This document shows positions 1 to 10,728 of a DNA stretch of 62,594 bases, piece after piece (the first letter of the stretch is position 1; every line of letters begins with the position of its first letter). The notes under the pieces are model-generated. The model did no database searches and had not been told where the DNA came from. It saw nothing but the letters and a program-made list of their open reading frames with translations. A program made the translations under genes and the position numbers. Source of the stretch: Thermomicrobiales bacterium (GTDB lineage: Bacteria > Chloroflexota > Chloroflexia > Thermomicrobiales > UBA6265); contig JBBRVX010000003.1 in assembly GCA_038246475.1 (NCBI GenBank), positions 1 to 62,594 of the forward strand. Direction: 5' to 3'.

Positions 1-230
1 CGCGATCGAGCCTCTGCCGGTGTGGAGCGACGATGGGCACAGCGGTCTGGGACGCCGGATACCGGGGCCGGTCGACCGCCTTGCTTGTCGTGGCGAATCC
101 GGAAGGATTACGGATCGCGCGCGACGCACGGGTGATGCAACTCGTGTTCTTCACCCTGAACGCGGCAACAGCGCGGGGCTACGACGGCGTCTATCAGGGA
201 GAAAACCTCGGCGAGAACGCACGGGTTTAG
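1..230 (+). CDS. dUTPase / dCTP deaminase family protein, archaeal-type (5' truncated by window edge)
   Basis: Frame from position 3 reads RSSLCRCGATMGTAVWDAGYRGRS...ARVMQLVF...GYDGVYQGE, matching the RSS, D.GY.G, QL.F and Y.G.YQ motifs of the trimeric dUTPase/dCTP deaminase fold. Confidence 0.8.
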   Translation, partial: RSSLCRCGATMGTAVWDAGYRGRSTALLVVANPEGLRIARDARVMQLVFFTLNAATARGYDGVYQGENLGENARV

Positions 231-496
231 TCGCGGCGCGCGTAGTCTGGCCGGCGCGGAGCAGCGCCGGGAACCGGGATTTGCGTCATCGCCAATTGTT
301 CTTCCGCCGTTTCATCGCATGTCGGAACAGGGCAATAGTAGATGACGGTATACGTTTCCTCGGTCTGATAGCTGAAGCGTGCCGGCCTGCCCATGACGCC
401 GCGCATTTGCATGGAGACGCGATGACTTGGACACTCGGGGACATCCGGCTTCGTTCGCTCTCGCTTTAATACCCAGTCAAGTACCCGCTGCACCAC
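227..496 (-). CDS. Small hypothetical protein, possible zinc-binding (CPxH...CPxxxC)
   Basis: 89-aa ORF with ECPSH and YYCPVPTC; GGAG upstream of the GTG start; stop overlaps the dUTPase stop. Confidence 0.6.
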   Translation of the reverse strand: MVQRVLDWVLKRERTKPDVPECPSHRVSMQMRGVMGRPARFSYQTEETYTVIYYCPVPTCDETAEEQLAMTQIPVPGAAPRRPDYARRD

Positions 497-650
497 GCGG
501 AAGCTCCTTCAACTCTGCCGGCAACGGTGTATCAGGGTACCAGAGTCGGCCTGCAGCCGAACGCTGAATATCGAGCCCCTGCGCCGGATAGGATATATAG
601 AGCATTGCAGCCGATAGCGGTGCAATCCCTACAAGTGGCAGGATGGCTGA

Positions 651-1073
651 ATGGTCGATGATATTGTGGAGGCGCTCCGCAGCCGCTACGGCAAAGAGTG
701 GGTTGAGGATACCGACGCCAACATTCGATTCGCCATCGAGGCGGAACGCCTGGTGGCGGGTCTCGAAGATGCGCACCTTATTGGAGAGCCGGAACTGGAT
801 GACCATCATGTGACGCTGCAGTTCTGGGTGGATCGGCCAATATCCGACCTGATGACCGCCGACAGGGTGGCATTCGAAATCTTCGCGCGAATCAGTATCG
901 AGATCTTCTATTCCGAGCGGCGGTTTATCGAGGGGGCAATCGTCTACACGTTTGTCACAGGAACGTCCCGGCATGGCCACAGTGGGTCTGTGATTCTGGC
1001 CGGTCCGCACGCGGCGGAGTTTTCCGAGCGGTTTCGGCAGCGGATGGTGGGCGGTCCGCGGTATCACGCGTAG
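651..1073 (+). CDS. Hypothetical protein (140 aa)
   Basis: ORF with globular-protein-like composition and an AGGA RBS; no recognisable motif. Confidence 0.65.
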   Translation: MVDDIVEALRSRYGKEWVEDTDANIRFAIEAERLVAGLEDAHLIGEPELDDHHVTLQFWVDRPISDLMTADRVAFEIFARISIEIFYSERRFIEGAIVYTFVTGTSRHGHSGSVILAGPHAAEFSERFRQRMVGGPRYHA

Positions 1074-1132
1074 GCGACTCAAACGGATTGCGGTTGATCA
1101 CTGCCGGAAATACGGTCTGCTGGAGCTTAATT

Positions 1133-1187
1133 CCCCCTCTCCCGGCCCGACGGGGCTAGGGGAGGAGAGGGGGTTAGGGGGTGAGGG
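1133..1187. repeat. REP-like palindromic element (CCCCCTCTCC...GGAGAGGGGG followed by TTAGGGGGTGAGGG)
   Basis: Perfect 10-bp inverted repeat at 1133-1142 / 1164-1173 plus a G-run tail; resembles the CCCTCACCCC...CCCCTCTCCC class of intergenic repeats. Confidence 0.65.
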
Positions 1188-1286
1188 CCGCGGCGGTGCG
1201 CGGAACGGATTACCCGAATTCCGAATCAGGGAGAAACCCGTCATCGAAGCGATGATCGGTTGCGCAATGGGGAAGGGACGGATCAG

Positions 1287-1637
1287 ATGGCGACGATTCG
1301 CATGGAGGGCATCGGGGTCACGACGGCCCCGGACGGAGAACGGCTGGTGCTGGCCGTCATGAACGCGGGGGTGGATATCCTGCATCGCTGCGGCGGAAAC
1401 GCCCGTTGCACCACGTGCAGAGTGCAGATTCTCGCGGGCGACGCCGGACCGATGACAGACGCGGAGCGAGAGAAGCTGCTCACCCTGGATGAGATTCCCG
1501 AAAAGATGCGGCTTTCGTGCCAGGTGCGGTGCTGTGATGACCTTACCGTGAAAGTTCTACGCCGGCTTTCGGAGAATCCGGACATGGGAGACGCGGGACC
1601 GCAACCTGACTCCTGGCCGCTGGAATGCAACCGGTGA
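1287..1637 (+). CDS. 2Fe-2S ferredoxin
   Basis: HRCGGNARCTTC...RLSCQ cysteine pattern; ATG at 1287 after a purine-rich RBS. Confidence 0.9.
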   Translation: MATIRMEGIGVTTAPDGERLVLAVMNAGVDILHRCGGNARCTTCRVQILAGDAGPMTDAEREKLLTLDEIPEKMRLSCQVRCCDDLTVKVLRRLSENPDMGDAGPQPDSWPLECNR

Positions 1638-1669
1638 GGAGTACGATGCCGGCCGAAGGGCCGGAGCTT

Positions 1670-1698
1670 TTGACGCCGGAAGGTTGAAAACCTACACT
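1670..1698 (+). promoter_or_regulatory. Sigma70-type promoter of the SRP RNA
   Basis: TTGACG-17 nt-TACACT ending about 6 nt before the SRP RNA 5' end. Confidence 0.8.
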
Positions 1699-1703
1699 TG
1701 GGG

Positions 1704-1974
1704 ATGGCCATGCTAGATGGGGAGCTGGCGGTGCCCTGAACCCGCAACCCGCCTTAGCGGGGTTGAATTCCTCTTCGAGGTCCGGTGCTTCGGGACTGGC
1801 GGCGATACGCGGCGTTGATGGAAGGGTCCCGCGCGGCGGGGAACGGCGAACCCGGTCAGGACCGGAAGGTAGCAGCCGTAAGCCGACCTCCCTGGGTGAC
1901 GTGGGGCAGCCCAACCGGAGCCAGCGACCGCTGAAAAGCCGGAGTGGCGCGATCGACAAGAGGTGCATGGCCAT
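1704..1974 (+). ncRNA. ffs: Signal recognition particle RNA, large (Alu-domain) bacterial type
   Basis: Helix-8 signature CCGGTCAGGACCGGAAGGTAGCAGCCG near 1852-1878; 5' ATGGCCATGC pairs with 3' GCATGGCCAT; about 270 nt; own promoter and a downstream hairpin. Confidence 0.92.
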
Positions 1975-1981
1975 TTCTGAT

Positions 1982-2011
1982 ACGCCTCGCTCCCGAAATG
2001 GAGTGAGGCGT
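1982..2011 (+). terminator. Hairpin downstream of SRP RNA, probable terminator
   Basis: ACGCCTCGCTCC-loop-GGAGTGAGGCGT stem followed by GTT; weak U-tract. Confidence 0.55.
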
Positions 2012-2357
2012 GTTGCTCTCTGCCGATCGAGCCGGCGTGGCTCGTCCTCTCCCCCTTTGCTCAATGTTCTGAAAAGAGAAAGGTAAGCGCGCGATCCCTT
2101 TGGCAGGTGCCCCTCCGCCGCGCTCCCGGCGCACGGCCAGAGCACAGGCTCATCCAGCCCATGCGACCATACACCCCCTCTGATACCTAGATTTACCTAG
2201 ATATGGCGCACTTTTTGCTCGAAAACGTGTCTATATAGATAGAGGGGTTGTGCGAACCGGCGTGCAGCGTGGACCTCGAGACCACGACCACGCCAACCGC
2301 TCGCGGGACCGGCAGGGGCGCCTGTCGCCATCCACCCCTCCCCCCATCTGATCCTGA

Positions 2358-2381
2358 CGCCCGCGATGGCCATCGCGGGCG
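2358..2381. repeat. Perfect 24-bp palindrome
   Basis: CGCCCGCGATGG|CCATCGCGGGCG. Confidence 0.85.
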
Positions 2382-2552
2382 ATCATCGTCAACCTTAGGG
2401 GAACAAGGAACCACGCCAGTTTGAGAGGGTTCGTCACCCCCCGCCAGGAGGCCGCGGGGCAGCGGGAGCCGGGATCGTATCGTAGAGATTCAAGGTTTCA
2501 TCGCGCAGTGTGTTGTACCCGTGTTTCATTGTGCTCGTGTTCTGCTCACGCA

Positions 2553-2599
2553 TCGAGGCCGCCATTGCCTCGCGCTTCGAGGCCGCCATTGCCTCGCGC
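2553..2599. repeat. Tandem duplication, 2 copies, period 24
   Basis: TCGAGGCCGCCATTGCCTCGCGC at 2553-2575 and 2577-2599; each unit has an internal GAGGC/GCCTC inverted repeat. Confidence 0.85.
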
Positions 2600-2832
2600 A
2601 TCCCGGCGCCCGCTGCCCCGCGTCCTGCCTTCGCGTCCGTGTCCCACGTCCGCGCCGCTCGTCGTGCCCGTCGTCTGGCCGAGGCCGCGGTGCGCTCGCT
2701 GAGGTCGGACTGGAAGCGAAGGGGGTCGCATCGCGATCGTACTGAGGCAGGACGTCTTCAACCAGACGCCGAAAAAAGAGGTCGAGGCTCGGCACACCCT
2801 GCACGAGCGAAAACGACGGCCCCTGCTGCTTG

Positions 2833-3531
2833 CTAAACCTGTTCGAGGAGCAGAGTTCTCTTCACGTCCTCGATCGTCTTGGTGACCTCGATATCGCGTG
2901 GACACGCTTCCGTGCAGTTGAAGACCGTCCGGCAACGCCAGACCCCGGATTGGGTGTTCAGGATGCGCAAGCGTTCGCTGGCCCCTTCGTCGCGGCTGTC
3001 GTAGATGAAGCGTGCGGCGTTGACGATCGCGGCAGGTCCCACAAAGCTCTCGTTTGTCCAGGTGATGGGGCAGGCCGTGGTGCACGAGGCGCAAAGAATG
3101 CACTTGGTCGTGCTCTCGTATCGCTCGAGCTGTTCCGGGGTTTGCCGCCGCTCCTCAGCCCGCGGGGCGTCTCCGGCGATCAAGTACGGCTTCACCGACT
3201 TGTACCCCGCGAAGAAGGGGTCCATATCGACCACCATATCCTTGATGACGGTGAACCCGATCAAGGGCTCGATGGTGATCTTGTTCCCAAATTCTTTCAT
3301 CAGTGTCTTGCAGGCCAGGTAGTTGCGGCCGTTGATGCGCATGGCATCGGACCCGCAAACGCCATGGGCACAGGAGCGGCGATAGGTGAGGGTTCCGTCC
3401 TCTCGCCACTTGATTTCGTTCAGACCGTCAAGCACACGATCAGATGGCTCAAGTTCAACCTTGTACTCCTTGAAATGGGGTTTGACATCGACATCGGGGT
3501 CGTATCGCTTAATGCGAAACGTGTATTCCAC
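2833..3531 (-). CDS. sdhB: Succinate dehydrogenase iron-sulfur subunit
   Basis: RRSCAHGVCGSD, CILCASCTTACP and CRTVFNCTEACP cluster motifs. Confidence 0.95.
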   Translation of the reverse strand: MEYTFRIKRYDPDVDVKPHFKEYKVELEPSDRVLDGLNEIKWREDGTLTYRRSCAHGVCGSDAMRINGRNYLACKTLMKEFGNKITIEPLIGFTVIKDMVVDMDPFFAGYKSVKPYLIAGDAPRAEERRQTPEQLERYESTTKCILCASCTTACPITWTNESFVGPAAIVNAARFIYDSRDEGASERLRILNTQSGVWRCRTVFNCTEACPRDIEVTKTIEDVKRTLLLEQV

Positions 3532-3605
3532 CTGTCTGCTCCTTGTGCTGGGCGTTCACTCCACTCCTGCGCAAACAGGATCGATCCTGGCGCGAACAGG
3601 GCCGG

Positions 3606-5336
3606 TTAGTATTTTCGTTCCTTTGGCTGAAACTCGGTAATGCTGACACTCTTCTTGGACAAGTTCAGCCCACCGGATGTCTTGCGCAACATTGTGTGCT
3701 TGAGCCAATTGACATCGTCGCGAGTTGGAAAGTCTTCACGGTAGTGCGCGCCGCGGCTCTCTTCCCGGGCCAGCGCCCCGACGACGACCGTCTCCGCGCA
3801 ATCGAGCATGGCGCCGAGTTCCAGCGCCTCGGTGAGATCGGTATTGAAGGTCGTGCCACGGTCGTCGATGCCCGCGCGCGCGTAGCGAGCGCGCAGCTCG
3901 GCGAGCCCACGACTGGCTTCATTCAGGCTCTCGGCGGTGCGAACGACGGAGGCCTTGTCCATCATCATCACCTGCAAGTCGCGCCGTACATCAGCCATGC
4001 GCTCATGCTTCGGCCGCGAGAGAAGATCATGGACCTGGGCGCGGGCGACGAATTCGGGATCGACCGGAAGTGTGGGCAAGTCGGAGTCGTGGACGAAATC
4101 GAGCATGTGGCGACCTGCCCGGCGGCCGAATACGACGAGATCGACCAGGGAGTTCGTTCCCAACCGGTTGGCCCCATGGACCGAAACGCAGGCATTTTCC
4201 CCGGCCGAGTAGAGACCGGTAATGGTGTTTGCGTCAGCATCGCGCAGGACCCGGCCGTCGATGTCGGTCGGTATGCCGCCCATGGCGTAGTGCGCGGTGG
4301 GTTGAATCGGCATCGGGTCGGTTTTGGGCTCGATGCCGAGATACGTTCTGGCGAAGTCGGTAATGTCAGGGAGTTTGGCGTCGATGAGCTCGGGGGGGAG
4401 ATGGGAGAGATCGAGGTGGACATAATCCTTGCCGTCCACACCGCGACCTTCCTTGATTTCCTGGAAGATGAAGCGGGAGACCATATCTCGTGGCGCGAGG
4501 TCTTTCAGGGTGGGAGCGTAGCGCTCGGCGAACGCTTCGCCCAGGCCGTTCCGCAGAATTCCACCTTCGCCGCGGGCCGCCTCCGAGAGGAGGATGCCAA
4601 ACTTGTAAATGCCCGTGGGGTGGAACTGATAGAACTCCATGTCCATCAGCGGCACGCCGCGCCGGAACGGAATGGCAAAGCCGTCCCCGGTGCCCGCCAT
4701 GGCATTTGAGGTGACGCTGAAGATGCGCCCGAATCCGCCGGTGGCCCACAACACGGCCTTGGCATGGATGGTGTGGATTTCGCCAGTCCGCAATTCGAGC
4801 GCGACCACGCCACAGGCGCGTCCGTCTTCGCTGACCAGGAGATCGAGAACGTGATACTCGTCGAGGAAGTTGACGTTGTGCTTGATGCCCTGCTGGTAGA
4901 GAGTCTGCAGGATCATGTGGCCAGTGCGGTCGGCGGCATAACAGGCGCGCTTGACAGGGCCTTCCCCGAAGTTTCTGGTGTGTCCCCCGAATCGACGTTG
5001 ATCCATACGGCCATCGGGGAGCCGGTTGAAGGGGAGGCCCATATGCTCTAACTCAAGGACCGCTTCGACGGCCTCGCGCGTCAAGACCTCCGCGGCATCC
5101 TGGTCGACCAGGTAGTCGCCACCTTTCACGGTGTCGAACATGTGCCACTGCCAGTGGTCCTCTTCAACATTTCCGAGCGCGGCGCTAATGCCGCCCTGGG
5201 CCGCTCCCGTGTGAGACCGGGTGGGATAGAGTTTGCTGACGACCGCGATGTTGGCCTTGCCCGCCATTTGAATCGCCGCCATCAGGCCGGCGCCGCCGGC
5301 GCCGATAATTACCGCGTCGTACCTGTGATACGCCAT
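3606..5336 (-). CDS. sdhA: Succinate dehydrogenase flavoprotein subunit
   Basis: [16 protein letters not shown] (FAD-linked His), QFHPT, HYAMGG, HGANRLG and ESRGAH motifs; start placed at MAYHRYD. Confidence 0.95.
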   Translation of the reverse strand: MAYHRYDAVIIGAGGAGLMAAIQMAGKANIAVVSKLYPTRSHTGAAQGGISAALGNVEEDHWQWHMFDTVKGGDYLVDQDAAEVLTREAVEAVLELEHMGLPFNRLPDGRMDQRRFGGHTRNFGEGPVKRACYAADRTGHMILQTLYQQGIKHNVNFLDEYHVLDLLVSEDGRACGVVALELRTGEIHTIHAKAVLWATGGFGRIFSVTSNAMAGTGDGFAIPFRRGVPLMDMEFYQFHPTGIYKFGILLSEAARGEGGILRNGLGEAFAERYAPTLKDLAPRDMVSRFIFQEIKEGRGVDGKDYVHLDLSHLPPELIDAKLPDITDFARTYLGIEPKTDPMPIQPTAHYAMGGIPTDIDGRVLRDADANTITGLYSAGENACVSVHGANRLGTNSLVDLVVFGRRAGRHMLDFVHDSDLPTLPVDPEFVARAQVHDLLSRPKHERMADVRRDLQVMMMDKASVVRTAESLNEASRGLAELRARYARAGIDDRGTTFNTDLTEALELGAMLDCAETVVVGALAREESRGAHYREDFPTRDDVNWLKHTMLRKTSGGLNLSKKSVSITEFQPKERKY

Positions 5337-5430
5337 TGTTCGGTCTCCCGATCGACCTTTTGATGCTGACCGGATTCGCGTTGGTGCAACGATTTTCCGC
5401 CGCGGGACACTTTGCTCGACCCAATGGGCA

Positions 5431-5459
5431 AAACTAGCCGGGGAAGAATGGAGTGTCAA
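5431..5459 (-). promoter_or_regulatory. Sigma70-type promoter for sdhAB
   Basis: Minus strand TTGACA-17 nt-TAGTTT about 95 nt upstream of the sdhA start. Confidence 0.6.
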
Positions 5460-5677
5460 GCGCTTTCCCGCGCGACTGCCACATTGGAAGTGCCAAGAGA
5501 CCATGGAGATCGATGCTTGCGGACGTTGCGATCAGGGGCGGCGCGGGTGCGCTGACGTGTGGGAAATTGGTGCTATCATCGCTGGCGTCGCACGGGGATT
5601 GCCTTACTGAGCCCCGGATTGCCGGCGAACGTCACGCTTTTGGAAATCCTCTCTCGAAGTTCGAGTCCGGAGACTCT

Positions 5678-6847
5678 GTGATCCTGGCTTCATCAGAGCG
5701 CATCAATGCGGTGCGGGCCGCGGCCGCCGCGCTTACGCCTGACGTGCTCGACCTGACCGCGCGCATCGCCGCGGTGGCGGCTCCCACAAATGACGAAGGC
5801 GATCGGTCCCGCTTCGTGGCAAAGCTCTTTGCAGCCGAGGGACTGGTTCCGCAACGCGATTCCATTGGCGATGTTGTCGCGACAATCCCGGGACGACTTT
5901 CGGCAGCCGGGGGAACGAAAACCCTCCTTATTGCCGCCCATCTGGATACCGTGTTCGTCAAGGAAACGCCGCTAGAGATCACGAAGACTCCAGATCGGCT
6001 GACCGGGCCAGGCGTAGGCGACAACAGTCTGGCCGTCGCAACGATCGTCAAACTGGCGCAGGTCTTGAGCATGTCCGGCGAAACGAGCGCGATGGATGTT
6101 TTGGTCACCGGAAACGTTGGCGAAGAGGGCCTGGGCAATCTCCGGGGAATACGCCAGGTTCTGTCGGACCGACCGGAGGTTGGCGCCGTGGTGGCGCTGG
6201 AAGGCCACAATCTCGGCCGGGTGACTCACGTTGCCGTGGGCAGCCGCCGCTACCGAATTGTGGCGACAGGCCCTGGCGGTCATTCCTGGGGGGATTTTGG
6301 CAAACCAAACGCCATTCACGCGCTAGCCAAGCTGATTTCCGAACTTGACGCCATTCCACTGCCGCGCTTGCCGAAAACGACGCTGAATGTTGGAACAATC
6401 GAAGGCGGCGTATCGGTAAACTCCATCGCGCCGACAGCGTCCTGCCTGCTCGACTTGCGATCCACGGATGAGCCCGCGTTGCAACGGCTGGGCGAGCGCG
6501 TAGTGCGATTGGCCGGCCGCGCCAGCCGGATCGATGGCGTGAGTTTTCGCCTGGAGACGATCGGCGAACGGCCCGCTGGCGTCGTCGCCCCTGACAGCCC
6601 TCTGGTCCGGACCGCGGCGCGGACGCTTGAGGTGCTCGGCGTGGACCCGAGCTTCGACGCTTCCAGCACGGACGCGAATGTGCCGATCGCGATGGGAATC
6701 CCGGCAATATGCATTGGCTTGACCTCCGGGGGGAACGTGCATCGGACAGACGAATACATCGAGGTGGCGCCGGTGGCGAATGGCATCGCCCAGCTTGCGC
6801 TCCTGACGCTCGCACTGTCGGAACTGCTCGCCGCTCGAGCAATCTAG
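5678..6847 (+). CDS. M20/M25/M40 family metallo-hydrolase
   Basis: AHLDTV, GVGDN, GEEGLG, GGHSW, SSTDAN and C-terminal H..DE motifs; GTG start after GGAG. Confidence 0.85.
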   Translation: MILASSERINAVRAAAAALTPDVLDLTARIAAVAAPTNDEGDRSRFVAKLFAAEGLVPQRDSIGDVVATIPGRLSAAGGTKTLLIAAHLDTVFVKETPLEITKTPDRLTGPGVGDNSLAVATIVKLAQVLSMSGETSAMDVLVTGNVGEEGLGNLRGIRQVLSDRPEVGAVVALEGHNLGRVTHVAVGSRRYRIVATGPGGHSWGDFGKPNAIHALAKLISELDAIPLPRLPKTTLNVGTIEGGVSVNSIAPTASCLLDLRSTDEPALQRLGERVVRLAGRASRIDGVSFRLETIGERPAGVVAPDSPLVRTAARTLEVLGVDPSFDASSTDANVPIAMGIPAICIGLTSGGNVHRTDEYIEVAPVANGIAQLALLTLALSELLAARAI

Positions 6848-6877
6848 ACAACAGACCTGAAAGCGACAATTTGCACA

Positions 6878-9736
6878 GTGAGCATCCCATTCGTTGCATT
6901 GACGCTAAATACGACGGGTCCTGATCCGAAGCGGGACAGGATTTCGGCGATTTCGGCGCTCGCGATCAGCGCCGATGGAGCGAGGTCGCGCCTGGACGCG
7001 GCCATCAAGCTCGGCGACGCGTACGCAGGCCAACCGGCAGCGGCGCCCCAACGGCGGTGGCAAGACGCGGCCCGTGAGCTGCAAGCGCTTCTGCAGTCGC
7101 GCGTGCTCGTGGTGCATGACGCGGAAGCAGCGTTGGCGGTGATGGCGGCCGACGGCGTGCGCCCGGACCAACGGGCAGTCGATGTTGCCGAACTGGCCAC
7201 GCTGCTCGTTCCGGGCCTGAACGCAATAGACCTCGCTTCGCTGAGCGGTGCTCTCGCTGTTGCGGTGGACGATGAACACAGGCCCCGGCAGACCGTCGAG
7301 GTGCTGGCGTCGATATTCGAGGCGCTCCTCGAGCGGATTGCCGAATACGACGATCTGACGCTTGAGCGGCTTGAGATGCACGCGCACGACGGGGGGTGGA
7401 GCTTCGCGGGACTCTTCAATGAGTATCACGCGGCGCGAACTCGCGCCAATCGTCAGGTAGAACGCCTGGTTTCTCCAGAACTTTCATTCCTGCGCGAGAG
7501 GGTTCGGGAGGACGAGCTGGAACCGACGGGTTCACTCGAACTGCTCGATCAACACGTGGTGCAGTCGGTGATCGGCCCTTCTGGAGCGCTCTCTGGGGTC
7601 ATCCCGGGCTTTGAGAGACGGCTGCAACAAGAGCAGATGGCCTTAGCGGTCGCGGAAACGATCAACAGCAGCGGACAGATTCTGGTCGAGGCGGGAACCG
7701 GCACCGGAAAGAGCCTGGCGTATCTGGTTCCGTCGGCATTGTCCGCGTCTGAACGGGGGCAGCCGGTAGTGCTCTCGACCAATACGCTGGCGCTGCAGGA
7801 TCAGCTCTTGCGCAAGGATGTCCCTGACCTGATCTCGGCGCTGGAGCAATCCGACACGGGAGCCCATGTCGATGTGGTGGCCGTGAAAGGCCGGTCGAAC
7901 TACCTCTGCTTGCGGAAGTGGTTTCCCTGGGAGCGGCAGGCTTCGCTCGATCAGGATGAAGCGCGTCTCAAGGCGAAAGTGCTGGCATGGCTGCCGCGGA
8001 CAGAGACGGGTGATCGTTCAGAACTGAGACTGACCGGCGGCGAGGAGTCGTTCTGGAGGCAGATCTGCGAAGAAGAGGGCTCCTGTGAACCGGGCTCCTG
8101 TGTATTCCACCAACGCGGGCAGTGTTTTCTGTTTCGAGCGCGACGGGCGGCGGAAAGCGCACACCTGGTGGTGGTCAATCATGCCCTGCTGCTTACCGAC
8201 GCGGCGTCGAGCAATCGAATACTTCCCGATTACGACACATTGGTGATTGACGAGGCGCATCATCTCGAAGATCAGGCCACGACGCAGTTCACTGTAACGT
8301 TGACCGAACGGGATCTGATCGACTACGCGGACGCGGTGGCCGCCAATGACGGAATAACGTTGACGGGAGTCACCGCCGGCGCGGTCGCGTTCTTGCTGGG
8401 AGCGGTGACCGACGATGACGGGCAACGACGCGCCAGGCAAGCCCGGGAAAAGCTCGATGCCGCGCTGAAAACTGGCGATCAGATTCGAACAACGGGCAGA
8501 GAACTCTTCGCTGCCCTGGAGAACGTGCATCAGGAATCGGATGAATTCTCGAACTCCGCCGAGCGTGCCCGGCGCGTTACCCCGGCGACACGAGGAACAC
8601 CGGCATGGCAAGCTGTTGACACGGCGTGGGACCGATTGCTGGGCGCCTTGAAGGACGCCGAATCGGAACTGCGCTGGTTCGCCACGGCCGTCGATGGCGT
8701 AGACGAGCTCGCGGTTGCGGATTTGGCGGAAGGAGGGGAGCGCCAGGAGCTCTTGCTGCTCGATCTGGCGAACACGGTACGAATCGGATCTGAACTGGCA
8801 ACGAAGTTTGCGAACGCGTTCGACGCCCCGGAGACAGCCAGGGTGTACTGGCTCGAACGGCAAGGCATGCTCGAACGTATCCTCTTTCGTTCCGCGCCGC
8901 TGGACGTGAGTACGCTGCTGCAAGAACGACTCTTCAGCAAGACCCGAGCCACGGTGCTGACTTCGGCGACGCTGGCCGTTGATGGCAGTTGTGCCTTTCT
9001 GGCCGCGCGGTTGGGGATTCCCGATGCGTCGTCGCTCATTGTTCCGTCGCCGTTTGACTATCGAGCGTCGGTGCTGCTTTATCTGGCAGATGACATGCCA
9101 GACCCGACGCACCCCTATCATCGGGATGCGCTAGAGCGCACGCTGATTGAATCGATCGCGGCGACCCAGGGCCGAACCCTGGTCCTCTTTACGTCGCATG
9201 CGTTGCTCGCGGACATGGCGCGGTCAATTTCGAAGCCTCTCCTGGAGCGCGGCGTGACGGTGCTGGCCCAGCGTCGAGATGGATCCCCCCAGCAACTCAC
9301 CGAGCGGCTACGGCGAGAGTCCAATGTCGCCGTGTTGGGAACCGCGTCGTTCTGGGAGGGCGTTGACGTCGCGGGCGAGGCACTAAGCATGCTTGTCATA
9401 ACGCGATTGCCATTCAGTGTGCCAACGGATCCGGTTTTCGCCGCGCGCGGGGAACTCTTCGACGATGCCTTCCGCGAATACGCGGTGCCACAGGCCGTGC
9501 TGCGGTTCAAACAGGGGTTTGGCAGGCTGATTCGATCGAGCCATGACCGAGGGATTTGCGCGGTGCTCGATCGCCGCATTCTGACCAAACGGTACGGCGC
9601 GACATTTCTGCATTCCCTTCCGGAATGCTCGGTCGAGGTAGGGAGCATGAATGATCTGCCCGGTGCAGCGGAGGCATGGCTGGACGTGACGCCGCGGCAG
9701 GGAGTCCTTGAGCGACTGGCGTCGAGCAACGCATGA
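6878..9736 (+). CDS. dinG: DinG-family FeS helicase with a degenerate N-terminal DEDDh exonuclease-like domain
   Basis: [27 protein letters not shown] and QGFGRLIRS helicase motifs; FeS cysteines in NYLC...C..C..C. Confidence 0.88.
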   Translation: MSIPFVALTLNTTGPDPKRDRISAISALAISADGARSRLDAAIKLGDAYAGQPAAAPQRRWQDAARELQALLQSRVLVVHDAEAALAVMAADGVRPDQRAVDVAELATLLVPGLNAIDLASLSGALAVAVDDEHRPRQTVEVLASIFEALLERIAEYDDLTLERLEMHAHDGGWSFAGLFNEYHAARTRANRQVERLVSPELSFLRERVREDELEPTGSLELLDQHVVQSVIGPSGALSGVIPGFERRLQQEQMALAVAETINSSGQILVEAGTGTGKSLAYLVPSALSASERGQPVVLSTNTLALQDQLLRKDVPDLISALEQSDTGAHVDVVAVKGRSNYLCLRKWFPWERQASLDQDEARLKAKVLAWLPRTETGDRSELRLTGGEESFWRQICEEEGSCEPGSCVFHQRGQCFLFRARRAAESAHLVVVNHALLLTDAASSNRILPDYDTLVIDEAHHLEDQATTQFTVTLTERDLIDYADAVAANDGITLTGVTAGAVAFLLGAVTDDDGQRRARQAREKLDAALKTGDQIRTTGRELFAALENVHQESDEFSNSAERARRVTPATRGTPAWQAVDTAWDRLLGALKDAESELRWFATAVDGVDELAVADLAEGGERQELLLLDLANTVRIGSELATKFANAFDAPETARVYWLERQGMLERILFRSAPLDVSTLLQERLFSKTRATVLTSATLAVDGSCAFLAARLGIPDASSLIVPSPFDYRASVLLYLADDMPDPTHPYHRDALERTLIESIAATQGRTLVLFTSHALLADMARSISKPLLERGVTVLAQRRDGSPQQLTERLRRESNVAVLGTASFWEGVDVAGEALSMLVITRLPFSVPTDPVFAARGELFDDAFREYAVPQAVLRFKQGFGRLIRSSHDRGICAVLDRRILTKRYGATFLHSLPECSVEVGSMNDLPGAAEAWLDVTPRQGVLERLASSNA

Positions 9737-9744
9737 GAGGTGCT

Positions 9745-10728
9745 ATGGAACCGCGGATTGGGAGAAATCTGGCCCTGGATCTGGTGAGAGTGACCGAGGC
9801 TGCCGCGCTAACGGCCGGTCGCTGGATGGGGCGTGGTCAAAAGGAAGCGGCGGATCAGGCAGCGGTCGACGCCATGCGGATGGTGCTGAACACGATTCCG
9901 ATGGCCGGTGTCGTGGTAATTGGCGAAGGGACCAAAGACAAGGCGCCGATGCTCTATGGAGGTGAAGAGCTCGGCTGCGCGGCTGAACCGAAGACCGACA
10001 TCGCGGTGGATCCGATCGACGGCACCAGGCTCCTCGCCCAGGGGATGGCAAATTCCATCGCGACGGTGGCGGTAGCTGAGCGAGGGGCGCTCTACGAATC
10101 CCCCTATGTTTTCTACATGGATAAACTCGCCGTGGGCCCCGGCGCGGCGCATGCCATCGACATCAACGCGCCGGTGGCGACCAACCTCGCGAATGTCGCT
10201 GCCGCCCTGGGGAAAGATGTCCGCGACCTGACCATCGTCATGCTCGATCGCCCTCGGCATGAGGCGATGGCCGACCAGGTTCGGGCGACTGGGGCGCGGA
10301 TTCGTTTCATCATGGACGGCGATGTGGCCGGAGCGGTGATGGCGGCCATGCCGGAAACGGGGATCGACATTCTCATGGGGATTGGCGGAGCGCCGGAAGC
10401 GGTGGTTGCCGCCTGCGCGATCCGCTGCATCGGCGGGGAGATCCAATGCAAGCTCTGGCCCCGAGACGAAAAGGAATGGGCGGCGGTGAATGAAGCCGGC
10501 ATCGATGTCTCCCAGGTGCTGACGGCGGAAGACCTCGTGCGAGGCGATGATGTGTTCTTCGCCGCCACGGGCATCACCGACGGCGAACTCCTGCGCGGCG
10601 TGCATTACTTTGGTGATGGCGCAACGACGCAGTCCGTCGTGATGCGCTCCAGATCAGGAACCGTGCGCAAGGTCGACGCCGTTCATCGCCTCAGCAAGTT
10701 GGATGCTTATGGAGTGCCGGTCGATTGA
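9745..10728 (+). CDS. glpX: Fructose-1,6-bisphosphatase class II
   Basis: RVTEAAA, VIGEG, DPIDGT, DGDV and FAATGITDG motifs; GAGG RBS before ATG 9745 (alternative start 9733). Confidence 0.95.
   Translation: MEPRIGRNLALDLVRVTEAAALTAGRWMGRGQKEAADQAAVDAMRMVLNTIPMAGVVVIGEGTKDKAPMLYGGEELGCAAEPKTDIAVDPIDGTRLLAQGMANSIATVAVAERGALYESPYVFYMDKLAVGPGAAHAIDINAPVATNLANVAAALGKDVRDLTIVMLDRPRHEAMADQVRATGARIRFIMDGDVAGAVMAAMPETGIDILMGIGGAPEAVVAACAIRCIGGEIQCKLWPRDEKEWAAVNEAGIDVSQVLTAEDLVRGDDVFFAATGITDGELLRGVHYFGDGATTQSVVMRSRSGTVRKVDAVHRLSKLDAYGVPVD

Noticed and set aside
1543-2145. ORFs of 92-200 aa overlapping the SRP locus
   Set aside because: The region is explained by the SRP RNA with its promoter and terminator
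2195-2240. Tandem NrdR boxes (CTAGATATGG, CTATATAGAT)
   Set aside because: The second match is poor and no ribonucleotide reductase or other gene follows
2553-2599. Palindromic repeat pair as a mini CRISPR array
   Set aside because: Only two directly adjacent copies, no spacer and no cas genes
2421-2836. Short ORFs in the ffs-sdhB gap (e.g. 2510-2836)
   Set aside because: Low-complexity Arg/Ala/Pro translations of repeats, with no RBS or motif
2830-4709. Long antisense ORFs opposite sdhAB (similar ones lie opposite dinG, uvrB, rho and oppA)
   Set aside because: Shadow frames expected in GC-rich coding DNA; no independent motifs
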